The position numbers and the translations under genes were made by a program. A DNA stretch of 43,465 nucleotides, taken from Malassezia furfur. Lineage: Eukaryota. A model generated the notes under the pieces. That model was given only the letters and a program-made list of their open reading frames with translations, searched no databases and had not been told where the DNA came from. Every line of letters begins with the position of its first letter. Within the stretch, counting starts at the first letter, position 1. Below are positions 1 through 11,765 of this stretch, one piece after another. Where the stretch lies: the NCBI GenBank assembly GCA_052055015.1, contig JBQJIT010000045.1; one strand, written 5' to 3'.

Positions 1-434
1 CCAAGCCCGCTGCGCGTGCGCCGCCGCCGGCACCGCCGGTGCGCAGCCGTGCGCCGCGCTACCGCGCCCTGTACGACTTTGCGACGGTCGAGCAAGGTGA
101 GCTGCCGCTCGTGCAAGGCGATGTCGTCGAGCTCGAAGAGAAGGAGGCGAGCGGGTGGTGGCTCGTCAAGAAGAACGGGACATCTGGCTGGGCGCCGGCG
201 GACTATCTGGAGTTGGTGCAAGACGCGCCCAAGCCGCCGCCGCCCGTCGCGCCCAAGCCGAAGCCGAGCGCGGCGAGTGCCATGCCTGCGGAGCGGCCGA
301 CATGGTCCGCGCCCGACACCAATGCGGCGCCTGTAGCCGTGATGCCCGGCATGGGCGAGCCTGGTGGATTCGCAGCGGTGCTTGCGCGCAAGAAGGCTGA
401 GGCGGCCGCCGCGGCGCAGAACAAGGGAATGTAA
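1..434 (+). CDS. MYO1: 3' end of a class I myosin (Pro-rich segment, SH3 domain, C-terminal helix); 5'-truncated by the window
   Basis: SH3 consensus (YRALYDF...GELPL..GDVV...GWWLVKK.G.SGWAPADYL) flanked by Pro/Ala-rich segments, then GGFAAVLARKK resembling the 'central' helix of fungal myosin-I tails; stop TAA 432-434. Confidence 0.7.
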   Translation, partial: KPAARAPPPAPPVRSRAPRYRALYDFATVEQGELPLVQGDVVELEEKEASGWWLVKKNGTSGWAPADYLELVQDAPKPPPPVAPKPKPSAASAMPAERPTWSAPDTNAAPVAVMPGMGEPGGFAAVLARKKAEAAAAAQNKGM

Positions 435-489
435 CAGACCCCATAGCCGCCGCCACGACCGTGCACTTTAGTCAGCAGCCAGGACGACG

Positions 490-2035
490 ATGGCGGGCGA
501 GACCCCACGCGTGCCGGCGCGTGCGCCGCACGGCGCGCACGACTCGGACACTGACGACGACGACGAGCAGGCGGGCGAGATGTTGGACCTGCTGGACATC
601 CCGTCCTCGCAGAAAGCGCGGCCCCGCGCCGTGCTCAGCCCGACCGAGGGATTATGGTAGGTGCGAAGCGTCGCGCGGCTCACACAGGATCACGGGTGTC
701 GTGCTGCTCATGGTGTTTTTGCACATCATGCCGCAGGTGTTCATCATGCTGCCCTACTACCGCGCGACGCGCTCGTTCACGTTCCAGCAGCTCCTGCGCG
801 CGCTCGTGCCCTACAACGTGCTCATTGCGTACATGTACCTCACCTACTACCTGTGCGTCACGAGCGACGCAGGCGGCGTCCCGTACGGCTGGTCACCAGA
901 CGAGGCGATGGCCGAACACGGCGTAGAGCTCACCTCGGAGCACCGCCGCTTCTGCCACAAGTGCGACGCATTCAAGCCGCCGCGCGCGCACCACTGCAAG
1001 CAGTGCAAGCGGTGTGTGTTGCGCATGGATCACCACTGCCCGTGGATCGGCAACTGCGTCGGGATCCACAACCATGCCGCCTTTATGCGCTTCTTGGTCG
1101 CAGTGAGCGTCGCAGGTGCCTATTTGCTGTCGATGATCAGCTTGCGTGTCGGCGACTGGTGGAATATGGACTGGTACTTGTCGCCGCCGTCCAACTCCGA
1201 GACGGTGATGATCGTTCTCACCTACATCATGGGCACGCCGCCGATTGCGCTCACGAGCCTCATGATGTGGTACCAGCTGTACCTGCTCACGATCAACACC
1301 ACCACCATCGAGACCCACGAACAAGACCGGGTCACACGACAGATCCGCCGCGGCCAGATCCCCTTTTTCGAGTTCCCATTCGACGTGGGTCTCTGGCGCA
1401 ACATGACCGATGTGATGGGGCCCAACATCCTGCTCTGGCTCTGGCCGTTCTCGCAGACCGAGCAGGACGGACTTTTGTACCCCGTGTCCCAACCATACCC
1501 CGAGGCCCAGTTCCTGTGGCCCCCGTACGACCGGCGCGCCAAGCAGCGCCGCCGCCGTCCTTTGCCCGAGTCGGCTTTTACCTACGGCGAAGAGCAGCTG
1601 AATCCCGACCTACAGCCTTCCCATGCGGCGGTCGAGCTTGGGCGCCGCACCCAGTACGCCGTGAACGGCTCGATCGGTGTAGACGAGGACGACTACGACG
1701 ACTACGACGACGACGGACAAGAGCACAATCGCGTGCGCATTCGCCGCGGCAGCGAAGGCATCGAAATTCGGCCGCCGCAATACAGCCGCATGCTGTACGA
1801 GATGCAGCAAGAGTACCGCCACCTGCATCCCGAAGCGTTTGCCGACGAAGCGTCCGAGCCCATCGACGCCGACGCCGATGCCGACGAACTGTCCCCCGGC
1901 ACACCCGCGCCCAAAATCGTCGACATCCAAGCGAGCGACACCACGGAATCAGAGGAAGGGATCCCGCTGGGCCATTTGGTCCGCCGCCACCTCGCCAGCA
2001 ATGCACACGGTCAGGAAGAAATGCACACTACATAA
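490..2035 (+). CDS. PFA4: DHHC palmitoyltransferase, Pfa4-like; intron 657-687 (31 nt)
   Basis: CHKC..FKPPRAHHCKQCKRCVLRMDHHCPWIGNCVG, TTIE and FPFDVG motifs. The ATG-490 frame hits TAG at 658 unless GTAGGT...CTCACACAG is spliced. Confidence 0.85.
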
Positions 2036-3018
2036 TACTGCAGTTGTCGTCGGCATCGCCGCTGAGCATACCATTTAGCCCAGCCAACTCCGGGGGCATA
2101 TCACCGAGCAACTCCTGGGGCGGGGAACCGAGCTCTTGCATTTGCGACACAAGATCCGACACACGCTTCTTGCACGCCGGGTCGGAATCATTGTAGGATT
2201 TTTCGTCGAACACGGCAAGGATGTCCCCCATGATCGCCTGCTGGTCCTTATACCGCTTCCGCTCCTCATCACTGAGCTTCTTACCCTCGTTCGATTCAAA
2301 GAAGCCGGGGAAGCGCGAGTGCATATCCTTTAGCGGCTCGTAGAGTACATCCTTGTTCATGAGGTCATCCATCATCGAGCTGAGCATCTTGGACAGCTCC
2401 GACATATCACCCCCTTCGCCATCGCCGGCATTTCCAAGCGCTTCGAGCATCTGCGCAAGGTCGGTATTTCCATCGAGACCGAGGTTGGCAAACAGGTTGC
2501 TGGGATCGTTGGCGCCTTTCGCACAGGCGTCTGCATTGGCGTCTGCATTGGACTGCTTCAGTTTGGCCATGGTCGCCTGGATCACGTCCTGGAAGCTCGC
2601 ATCCGATGATGGCGCATTAGTGGATGGCTTGTCTTCGGATGCATCCTCTTTCGCGCCTGACAACATCCGCTCAAACTGCTTCATCATCTCGTCCTCGGCC
2701 AACGTGTTCTTGTTGCCTCCCTCGGCCTTGTTATCAGGGACGGCAGGCCGCTCTGGCATGTTCTGGCCCATCTGCGCCATAAATGCCTCCATGTTCCGAG
2801 TGAGTTCCTGCACGAATTCGTCAGACAATGGGTCATCGTCCCCGTCGTCGTCGTCGTTTTTCGGCGCGGAAGCCTTCGTACTTGCAGCTGCGCTCTCCGA
2901 AGGAGTCGCAGACGCAGGCTCCTGCTGGAAATCGTCTAGGATATCTTTTGGTCAGCCATTTTCAATACATACCATCGAGATCATCGAGATCTTCCGCAGT
3001 TGGCTTGGGTGGAACCAT
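2028..3018 (-). CDS. PEX19: Peroxin-19 (PMP import receptor); intron 2945-2972 (28 nt)
   Basis: Spliced N-terminus MVPPKPTAEDLDDLDDILDDF (Pex3-binding type motif), LMNKDVLYEPLKDM, MQELGSPPQEL, and C-terminal CaaX CSIM. Confidence 0.93.
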
Positions 3019-3100
3019 CTCGCTTGTGGGGAACCTGTGTGAAACTCTTCCTCCTTACACGTGGTTTCTTTCCAGCCTCCGGCCCCCCGCACTCCTCCAC

Positions 3101-4557
3101 ATGATGGAAGACGCGCTGGTCGCGTTCGTGACCAAAGGGTCACGACGTGCACCAAAAGTCGCGCTGTCTCATAATGTACCTGGTACGTGATGCATCTCAT
3201 GTAGCCGGACGCGGTCTTGTCCTTACCGCGGACGTGGAACCCGGCGAGGTGATTCTGGAAGTACCTTCGAATGTCCTGCTCCACCCGAGTTCCTTGGCGA
3301 AACAGGGTCGACTGACCAGCGCTCCACGCAAAGCATACAGCACGGGCAAGCCATCCAAAAACACACTATCAACTCATCAGATTGTCTCCTACGCGCTCTC
3401 ACAATGGCGGTGTACTGGGCGCCCCAACTGTCCCCTTTCTCCCTTCTTGCACTCGCTGCCAACGGAATTCCCCACAGCACCGCTAACCTGGCAAGTGGAA
3501 TTCGGCCCCGACGAGAAGCTTTTGCTGAAAGCTCTCTCCTCTACTGCAAAAATTCGTGCGGATAAAGTGTTCAGAAGTTTCGAGCGCGACTGGAATCGAC
3601 TCGTCGATCTGCAGACAACGTCTCCGGACGTGCTGGAAGAAATTTGGGCATGTATGAAAACCAATACCCCTCGAAAACCACTTGTACGCACGGATCTACT
3701 CTGGGCATGGCTGTGCACCAATTCGCGTTGTGTATATATGGATTTGCACTATGAGCGGCATGAGGACAATTTTACCTTGGCGCCTTTGCTCGACATGGCC
3801 AACCATACCCCTGTCCCCTGGTTGGAGTGCAAAGTGCGCTACGACGCGCGTGGTGGCCTTGAGCTGCTTGCTCCAAACCATCCACGTCCTGACGATGCCG
3901 GTCGGATGGGCTGGCGAAAAGGTGATGAAGTATGCATCACCTATGGCGCACACGCAAATACGACGCTGCTGGCTGAGTACGGCTTCGTTCTTCCGCGTGT
4001 CCTACACCCTAATGACGAGCATTGGACGGGGAATCGATATTGCGATGTGCTTCTCGATGCGTCGGTCGAGGCACTCTTCGGAGAAGACGAAAACGGAACA
4101 TGGAAGCGCGAGCTCCTGGAAAAGGAGGGCTACTGGGCGTACGTTTCCCCATTCACACAGCGATTATTCGATGCACCCATATCCAGCGCCTGCGCATCCC
4201 TCACACCGTCTGCATACAGCGCTGCGTCTACTCTGCATGAGCGTTGACCAGCGTGCAAAACGTCCACGACTGGAGGAAGGGGAAGAGGCACCCCGGTCGC
4301 GGCAAGATGCCGAGCGTGTATGGATGCTGGCGACCCATGGCAGGACCGCCCGGATTTCACAAGCCAATGAGGAAGCAGTTCGAGCCACATTGTCTCAACT
4401 ATGTGCGACAGTTCAAAAAGATCATGAGCGTCGCCTGCAGGCGTTGGATACGCTACCGCGATCTGATTCAGAACAGATGGTGAGGCAGGTCTTGGTTGAG
4501 GAACGAACTATTGCGGAGCTGGTTCGTCAAAGTGCAGCGTGTGGAGACGAATGGTGA
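3101..4557 (+). CDS. SET-domain protein lysine methyltransferase (Rkm2/SETD4-like); introns 3183-3204 and 4139-4160 (22 nt each)
   Basis: GRGLV, WAWLCTNSRCVY, LAPLLDMANH and ITYGAH.N..LLAEYGF motifs. The second intron is required to join ORFs 3147 and 3682 (YWADYSMHPYPAPAHPS). An unspliced alternative start exists at ATG 3174. Confidence 0.8.
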
Positions 4558-5370
4558 TCATGTCGTTTTCTGTTTCTTGGGGAAGCGCTTCTGGATTGCC
4601 TGAACCATCTTGGAGAACCAGAAATAATTAAGGCTGTTCAGAATGACCAAGCCCAGCGTGTAGAAAACTTTCCACGTCAAGGGAATATGGTGCTTGTGCA
4701 GCTCCGCGGGAGCCCACAGCATGGTGATGATGGAATATGAAATGTAGACGCCAAGGATAAGGCGCATCAACACATAGCTGGACAGGAGGAAGGCGGCATT
4801 AACCAGCTGTGCCTTACTTCCGGTCATGCCAAGCTTGTCCATGAACCAGTGGATGTTCAGGAACGGCGTGCTTGCCTCCCAAATGAGAATGCCCAAGCCG
4901 TCGTACATCAAGAAGGGGTGCCAGACAAGCGTCGACGCCACCGTGGCAAGCGCACCATGTACGAAGAATTGCAGACCCTCGTACCGCAACGACTGGATCG
5001 TGTCCCAAATGAAGTACCCGTAGGAAAGAGCGTACAGCTGACCCGTGTAGTAGTCATATCCAAATACCATGTCGGTCGTATTCCGATCGGTTATCACCCA
5101 GATGTACAAGGCCGTTGGAGCAACAATTACTGAGTGGACAAGTGCGACAAAGTGCATGTCCCATTGTACCCGCTTGGTGGCGTTCATGCTGTTCATTTGC
5201 TTGGGGAAGAGGAGAGGCGACACCCCTGCCGACAAGAACTGCAGCGAGAACCAGAACAAGACTGCACGAATGACCGTTAGGAGGTGAGGAGCAAGATATG
5301 GTATTCCCAGTTCAGCGAGATAAGGAGCTGAATAGGCATGCACCATCTCTGAAAGGGTGGCACGGGCCAT
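4558..5370 (-). CDS. TLC (TRAM/LAG1/CLN8) domain ER membrane protein
   Basis: Multi-TM protein with GYFIWD, FFVHG, WEASTPFLNIHW and LNYFWFSKM motifs; C-terminal KKQKTT dilysine-type signal. Start taken at the first ATG (5370). Confidence 0.85.
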   Translation of the reverse strand: MARATLSEMVHAYSAPYLAELGIPYLAPHLLTVIRAVLFWFSLQFLSAGVSPLLFPKQMNSMNATKRVQWDMHFVALVHSVIVAPTALYIWVITDRNTTDMVFGYDYYTGQLYALSYGYFIWDTIQSLRYEGLQFFVHGALATVASTLVWHPFLMYDGLGILIWEASTPFLNIHWFMDKLGMTGSKAQLVNAAFLLSSYVLMRLILGVYISYSIITMLWAPAELHKHHIPLTWKVFYTLGLVILNSLNYFWFSKMVQAIQKRFPKKQKTT

Positions 5371-5665
5371 GATCGTACGTCGGTGCGGAAGAGGCGTCCA
5401 GGAAAACCCGTACAATAGCTGTTGCGATCGATCTAGATCGGGCAAACCCTGCGAGTCTGGGGTTAGGCAGGCGTGGCTTTATGCGAAGACTGCCGAAATG
5501 GGCTAATTTTGACGAAACGACAGGGCAGCAGCCTGCTGGCAATAGGAATCCTGACCGTGCGACACGAGCGGCCAGCCAACATCTCCACCATACTCCCTCA
5601 TGTAAGCATCCGTAGATAAATAGACAAAAGTGGTTGTTGCATTGCAGAAAAACGAAAGCTACTAA

Positions 5666-7523
5666 CTAAGCCATGTTCGAAAGGGCGCTCAGCACGGCCT
5701 TCAGACTGGTGGCCGTGATGTCGACGTCGATACCGACGCCCCAGAATCCCGTCGCCTTGTTGGCGCCAACCTTGGCGCTCTCTTCGGGGCGCACAAGCTC
5801 GACGTACGACGCAGCCTGAGCGCGAGTCTGGCCCTTCTTCGAGTCGGCCTCGCCACCGAGCTGCATGGTATGGGGGCGCAGAGCGTGCTCACTGTATTCA
5901 CGCACGTCCGCCGAGACGCCAAAGGTCTTCTCCATGGCGTCGAGCAGAGCAGAGATGGGACCGTTACCCGTGCCCGACACCTCGTGCATTTCGCCGTCGC
6001 AAGCAATCTTGCCCGAGAAGGTGCGGTAACGCGGCGTAGAGCCGTTGGCCATGTTGCCGTTGGCCGCCGAGCCGTTCACCTGGTTTTGCGTCTCCGAGAG
6101 CGAGAACGAGCGCAGGGCATACTTGCCCTCGTTCTTGCCCAGCTCGAGGCTCGGCAGGTGGTAGTGCTGGCAGAACGCCTGCGTAATGTCCTCAATGGAC
6201 AGCTCCTTGCTGGTCTGGTCGGCAATGGCCTGGATGACCTGGTAGAAGGAGACCTGCATACGGCGGGGCAGGTCGACACCGAGGGCCTGCGTGAGCAGGT
6301 AGGCGATGCCACCCTTGCCGCTCTGGCTGTTCACACGGATCACCGCCTCGTAGGTCAGACCAAGGTCCTTCGGGTCCACGGGAAGGTACGGCACGCTCCA
6401 CACGGGGTCGCCCGCGGCGTTCCGCTTCTCCTGGGCGAGGAAGCCTTTCTTGATGGCATCCTGGTGCGAGCCGCTGAACGCGGTCATCACCAGCTCACCC
6501 GCGTACGGGTGACGCGGGTGCACAGGCAGCTCGTTGCAGCTCGTCACCACTTCCACGAGCGACGGCAGGTCCGACAGGTCGAGCGGGCCGGGCTGAACGC
6601 CCTGCGAGAACAGGTTGAGGGCGAGGGTGACGAGGTCGACGTTGCCGGTGCGCTCGCCGTTGCCAAACATGCAGCCCTCCACGCGGTCCGCACCGGCCAG
6701 CAGGCCGAGCTCGGCCGCGGCAATACCGCAGCCACGGTCGTTGTGCGGGTGCAGCGAGATCTCGATCACCTCGCGGTCGCCAATCTTACGGCCAAAGTAC
6801 TCAATCATGTCCGCGTAGTGGTTGGGGGGGCCAATCTCGACGGTGGCGGGCAGGTTGAAGATGATCTTGTTGTCCTTGGTCGCCTTGCCGTAGGCCGTGC
6901 GCACGGCCTGGCAAAGCTCCACCGCAAAGTCCGGCTCGGTCTGGGTGAACGTCTCCGGGGAGTATTCGTAGCGGAAACGGGTCCCACCGTTCTCCGGCTT
7001 GCTGTAGTGGTCCATGAGCTCAGTCACGAGCTTGGTGTGGCGCACGGCGAGCTCGACCGTCTTGGCCTGGTCGTTGCCGAACACCACTTCACGGAAGAGG
7101 GGGCTGCTTGCATTGTACATGTGGAGAATGACGTTCTTGGCGCCCTTGATGGACTCAAAGGTGCGGCGAATGAGTTCTTCGCTGGCGTGTCAGACGTGGG
7201 GAAGAGACGTACCGTGCGGGGGTCAGCACCTGGATCCAGACGCCATCCGGAATGAGACCCGACTCGATAATGTGACGCACGAAGCCGAAATCGGTGTCGC
7301 TCGCGGAGGGGAACGCCACTTCAATCTCCTGGAAGCCGACTTCCACGAGTTTCTTGAAGAAAAGGATCTTTTGCCTCTCATTCATGGGGTTGGCGAGGGC
7401 CTGGTTGCCATCACGCAGGTCTACCGACGTCCAGATCGGTGCCTTGCGCAGCACCTTGTCAGGCCATTGCCGGTCGCTGAGCTTCAGAGGCTCGTAAGGC
7501 TTATACTTCTTCCCCGGATCCAT
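5666..7523 (-). CDS. LEU4: 2-isopropylmalate synthase; intron 7182-7212 (31 nt)
   Basis: [46 protein letters not shown], and GNGPISA regulatory domain. Splicing gives [15 protein letters not shown]. An in-frame upstream ATG lies at 7553. Confidence 0.96.
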
Positions 7524-7739
7524 CGCGGTGGAAACTAATTCCCACTGACTCATTTGCCGAGACGTCTTCCTTTGTCACCTGCTACGCTAGCAAACGCTGA
7601 CAAACGCTGACACATACACTAGCGTTATAGGGGCCCTACACGTGTCTTCCACGTGCTTGCAACGAGGGCCCGCGCGCCCCGCCCGTGCATATATGGGCTG
7701 GCCCGTGTTCCTAGGGTCTTCTTCTCATCTCGACCCATC

Positions 7740-9868
7740 ATGCCGTTCCAGCCTCAGGACGTTGACAAGAACGCTGTTGCGACGATTCGTATGTACCATA
7801 TCATGAGCCTCTCTAACGCCAGGCATGCTCGCCGCTGATGTGGCGGCCAAGGCCAAGTCGGGTCACCCGGGTGCGCCCATGGGTCTCGCCCCGCTGGCGC
7901 ACCTGCTGTGGAGCCGGTATGTGGCGATGTGCTGACCACAGCTTCCTGCTCTGCGACCCCAAGGACTCGCACTGGCTCAACCGTGACCGCTTCGTGCTGT
8001 CGAACGGCCACGCCTGCATTCTGCAATACACCATGCTGTACCTGCTGGGCTACAAGGTGACGCTGGACGACCTGAAGCAGTTCCGCCAGCTCAACTCACT
8101 CACCCCCGGTCACCCCGAGGCCAACCACACTGACGGTATCGAGGTGACCACTGGTCCCCTCGGCCAGGGCTTCGCCAACGCCGTTGGTCTCTCGATCGCC
8201 GCCAAGAACGCCGCGGCCGAGTTCAACCGCGACGGCTTTGAGCTGTTCAACAACCACACCTACGTGTTCCTCGGTGATGGCTGTATGATGGAGGGTGTCG
8301 CGAGCGAGGCTGCCTCGCTTGCTGGCCACCTGCGTCTCAACAACCTGATCGCCTTCTACGACAACAACAAGATCAGTATCGACGGTGACGTTGCGTGCGC
8401 CTTCACCGAGGACGTCTCGGAGCGCTTCAAGGCGTACGAGTGGAACGTGCTCAACGTCGGTGACGGTGACAAGGACTTCAACGACATCTACGATGCTATC
8501 GTGAAGGCCAAGGAGTGCAAGGACAAGCCGACGCTCATCAACATCCGCACCACGATCGGTTTCGGCTCGCTGAACCAGGGCACCCACTCGACCCACGGTT
8601 CGCCGCTCAAGGACGACGACATCCGCCAGCTCAAGGAGAAGTTTGGCTTCAACCCCGACGACAAGTTCATTGTGCCTCAGGAGGTTATCGATGCATACAA
8701 GGGCTACGCCAAGCGCGGCGCTGATGCGCACGCCGAGTGGAACAAGCTGCTCGCTGCTTACGGCGAGAAGTACCCCAAGGAGAAGGCCGAGCTGGAGCGC
8801 CGTGCCGCGCACAAGCTGCCCGAGGGCTGGGAGAAGTGCCTGCCCACGTTCACACCGGAGGACAAGCCGGCGGCCTCGCGCAAGCTCTCCGAGGGCGTGC
8901 TCACCAAGCTCTCGGCGGCGCTCCCCGAGCTTCTCGGTGGTTCGGCCGACCTGACGGGCTCGAACCTCACCCGCTGGTCGGATGCCACCGACTTCCAGCC
9001 GCCCGCGACGCACCTCGGCGAGTGGAGCGGTCGCTACATCCGCTACGGTGTGCGCGAGCACGCCATGGGTGCGATCATGAACGGTCTGCACGCCTACGGT
9101 CTGCACATCCCCACGGGCGGCACCTTCCTGAACTTCGTGTCGTACGGCCTGGGTGCTGTGCGTCTCTCGGCGCTGTCCCAGTTCCAGGTGATCTGGGTCG
9201 CCACGCACGACTCGATCGGTCTCGGTGAGGACGGCCCGACGCACCAGCCTATCGAGACGGCCGCGGCGCTGCGTGCGGTGCCGAACCTCGACTTCTGGCG
9301 CCCGGCTGACGGTAACGAGGTGTCGGCCGCATACAAGGTGGCCGTCGAGTCGTACACGACCCCGTCGGTGCTCGCGCTCACCCGCCAGAACCTGCCGCAG
9401 CTCGAGGGCTCGTCGATCGAGAAGGCTGCCCGCGGTGGTTACGTGCTGATCGAGGAGTCGGACGCGGACCTGACCCTTGTGTCGACCGGCTCGGAGGTGT
9501 CCATCTGCCGTGACGCCATCAAGCTGCTCAAGGAGAAGGGCATCAAGGCGCGTCTCGTGTCGCTGCCCTGCTTCCGCGTGTTCGACCAGCAGCCGCTCGA
9601 CTACCGCCTCAAGGTGCTGCCCGACGGCCACGCGATCCTTTCCGTGGAGGCCTACAGCACCTACGGCTGGGGCCGCTACGCGCACGTGCACCACGGTATC
9701 AACCGCTTCGGTGTGTCGGCGCCTTACGACGATGCATACAAGTTCTTCAACATGACCGACTCGGCGATTGCGGAGAAGGCTGTTAACGTCGTGAACCACT
9801 TCAAGAAGATCGGCACCCCGCTCGAGTCGCCGCTCGGCCTCGAGGCCAAGTTCCTCGCGGACAAATAA
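7740..9868 (+). CDS. TKL1: Transketolase; introns 7789-7822 (34 nt) and 7917-7941 (25 nt)
   Basis: Spliced [51 protein letters not shown] and [16 protein letters not shown] motifs. Confidence 0.97.
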
Positions 9869-9917
9869 ATAGGGTTATGATACACTAGCAACCAACCAAC
9901 CTTTTTGTCGCGAACTA

Positions 9918-10476
9918 CTACCCACGCCGGCGCGCAGGTTTGACTGTGGCACTCTCGATGTCGCTCTTGGCCGCCTCGGCACGCTGCGCCTCAAGCTCGG
10001 GGTCTGCCGCCGCTTGCGCCTGGCGCGTCTGCTCGAGCCGCCGCTGCTCGCGCTCTTGCTGCTCGGCCAGTGCCTGGGCGTGCTCCTGCTGGCGCGCAGT
10101 TTCGAGCTGCGCCTGCGCTGCCTGTTCCCGCATCTCAATCACGCGCGCATTGTGCAGCACAATGCGCTGCCGCTCCAAGTCTTGCACCAACTCCTGGATC
10201 GTGGGGGGCTGCCTCCGCGTATGCCGCATCCATGCGTCCCACTGGATGGGAATGTCCTTGGGGTTGTAGTCGGACATGTGTCGCGACTCCTTCCATTTGA
10301 TCACGCTGCGTAAGCGGCCCACATGCACACACATACCGCCGCGTATGCCGCGGGTCCTTGGACCCATTAAGTGCAGGGAACTCGTAATAGGTATTCTCGG
10401 CTAGGTCCTTGCCCACCATGTAGCGCGCATGCCCTATCCGCAACACGCGCGACAGCGTTTTCCAGAAGGACGACAT
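9918..10476 (-). CDS. NDUFAF2: Complex I assembly factor, NDUFAF2/mimitin-like (NDUFA12 family); intron 10306-10336 (31 nt)
   Basis: VGKDLAENTYYEF...RR|VIKW...IPIQWDAWMRHTRRQPPTIQEL followed by a coiled coil. Confidence 0.8.
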
Positions 10477-10492
10477 GGTGGAGGTGTGTGTT

Positions 10493-11731
10493 CTACAATC
10501 CAGCGTCGGCCCAAGCGCACCAGGTGGAGCTGCCAGGGGTGCGCAGGAGAATGTTGGACTGCTGCGGTCCAAAGTAGCCCTGTGACGCCCATTCACGCAA
10601 AGCGCTTGCGGGAAACGGTCCAAACGTCTCGGAATCGGGGTTGGCCGGGGTATTCGTAGAGCGCGCAACTTGCGCTAGGTAGGCGGGCGTCCACTTGTAT
10701 TCCCAAGTCCCGCCCGCCTGAGACTTGTCTGCTGCGTCCGGCGCACGCTCGGGCTCGGCAGGTCGTGATGGGTCCCAGTCTTCGGGAACTAATTTGGCCC
10801 TTCGGACTTGCCGTACTAGGCCCTCGTACACCTCGTCGTAGATATGAATTTGACCAAAGGACGACATGAGCAGCGTCGTGAGATGCGTGATTTTCTCGAG
10901 CAATGCCACATCCCCTCCCTTCCGCTTCGCTTGGGCGCCGATACGCTGTAATGCATCCAGAACAGACTCACCTGGCTGGAGGCATTCAGCCAACGCGCGC
11001 ATGGCGTGTTCCGCCGTGGGGTACTCGGCCTCGTCGGCCTCGGCACGCGCTTCAGCATCGCGCTCGCGCTTGAGCTGTGCATCATGTGCAGCCTTAATCT
11101 GCTTCTTGGAGTAGTTACCCTCAAGCCAGCGGTCGTTCTGCGAGAAAGGGTCCTTTTTGTTGCGGATGTAGTTACCTTCTTCGTCAAATTGACCGCTCGC
11201 CATCTCATCTTTCATGTTGAACTTTTCCATGCGGAATCCCATGCCTTTCTTGCTCTTCCGTGGATGGTCCTCGTCATCCGAGCCAGGCGGCGTACGCTCT
11301 GCATCCGCATTCGCGTCCTGGTACCGCGTATCTTGCAGCGCGCGCTCGAGCTCGTATTCTGGGTCCACATCCTCGTCCTCGTCCTCGTCGCCATCCAGCT
11401 GGGTGGTTGAACCAAACTCTTGGCCCTCGATTTCCGAGAGCTTGAGAAAGCGCGGCTCCTTCTTCGTGTCTTTCGCCTTAGTGTCGTTGTCGCCAAACAT
11501 GTCGTCGTCCTCATCCGGCTTCTTGTCCGTCCAGTTGCGCTTGTGTGTGGGGTCTTCGTCGTCTGACTCCTCGGAATCGTAGCCTTCGGTCACAACCCTA
11601 CCAGGGCGTGCCCTCTGTTGCTTGGTGGCCTGCTCGTCCAAATCTAGATCTCCGCCCTCATCTTCGCGGTGCGCGCGCTTCTCTGGTGCCTGCGACGCAG
11701 GGAATGCGGCCTTGCGTTTCGTACCGCTCAT
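10493..11731 (-). CDS. LIN1: Lin1/Snu40/CD2BP2-like U5 snRNP-associated GYF protein
   Basis: IEGQEF, MEKFNMKDEMASGQFDEEGNY, LQPGESVLDALQR, and a C-terminal GYF domain (WEYKW...FGPF...LREWASQGYF). Confidence 0.88.
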   Translation of the reverse strand: MSGTKRKAAFPASQAPEKRAHREDEGGDLDLDEQATKQQRARPGRVVTEGYDSEESDDEDPTHKRNWTDKKPDEDDDMFGDNDTKAKDTKKEPRFLKLSEIEGQEFGSTTQLDGDEDEDEDVDPEYELERALQDTRYQDANADAERTPPGSDDEDHPRKSKKGMGFRMEKFNMKDEMASGQFDEEGNYIRNKKDPFSQNDRWLEGNYSKKQIKAAHDAQLKRERDAEARAEADEAEYPTAEHAMRALAECLQPGESVLDALQRIGAQAKRKGGDVALLEKITHLTTLLMSSFGQIHIYDEVYEGLVRQVRRAKLVPEDWDPSRPAEPERAPDAADKSQAGGTWEYKWTPAYLAQVARSTNTPANPDSETFGPFPASALREWASQGYFGPQQSNILLRTPGSSTWCAWADAGL

Positions 11732-11765
11732 CGTCTTTGTCAACCTCCACCTCGACGCCGCTGCG

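Noticed and set aside
5457..5470. Branch-plus-AG motif (GCCTAACCCCAG, minus strand) upstream of the TLC gene as a 5'-UTR intron
   Set aside because: No acceptable donor at a plausible distance.
2028..5600. Visibly lower-GC block (PEX19, SET, TLC) as a horizontally acquired segment
   Set aside because: These are ordinary eukaryotic genes with the same tiny introns as their neighbours, so regional codon-bias variation is more likely.
5870..9799. Long antisense ORFs over LEU4 (461 aa) and TKL1 (567 aa), and similar shadow ORFs over SYO1, DUF726 and others
   Set aside because: Expected from strong GC3 codon bias; no recognisable domains.
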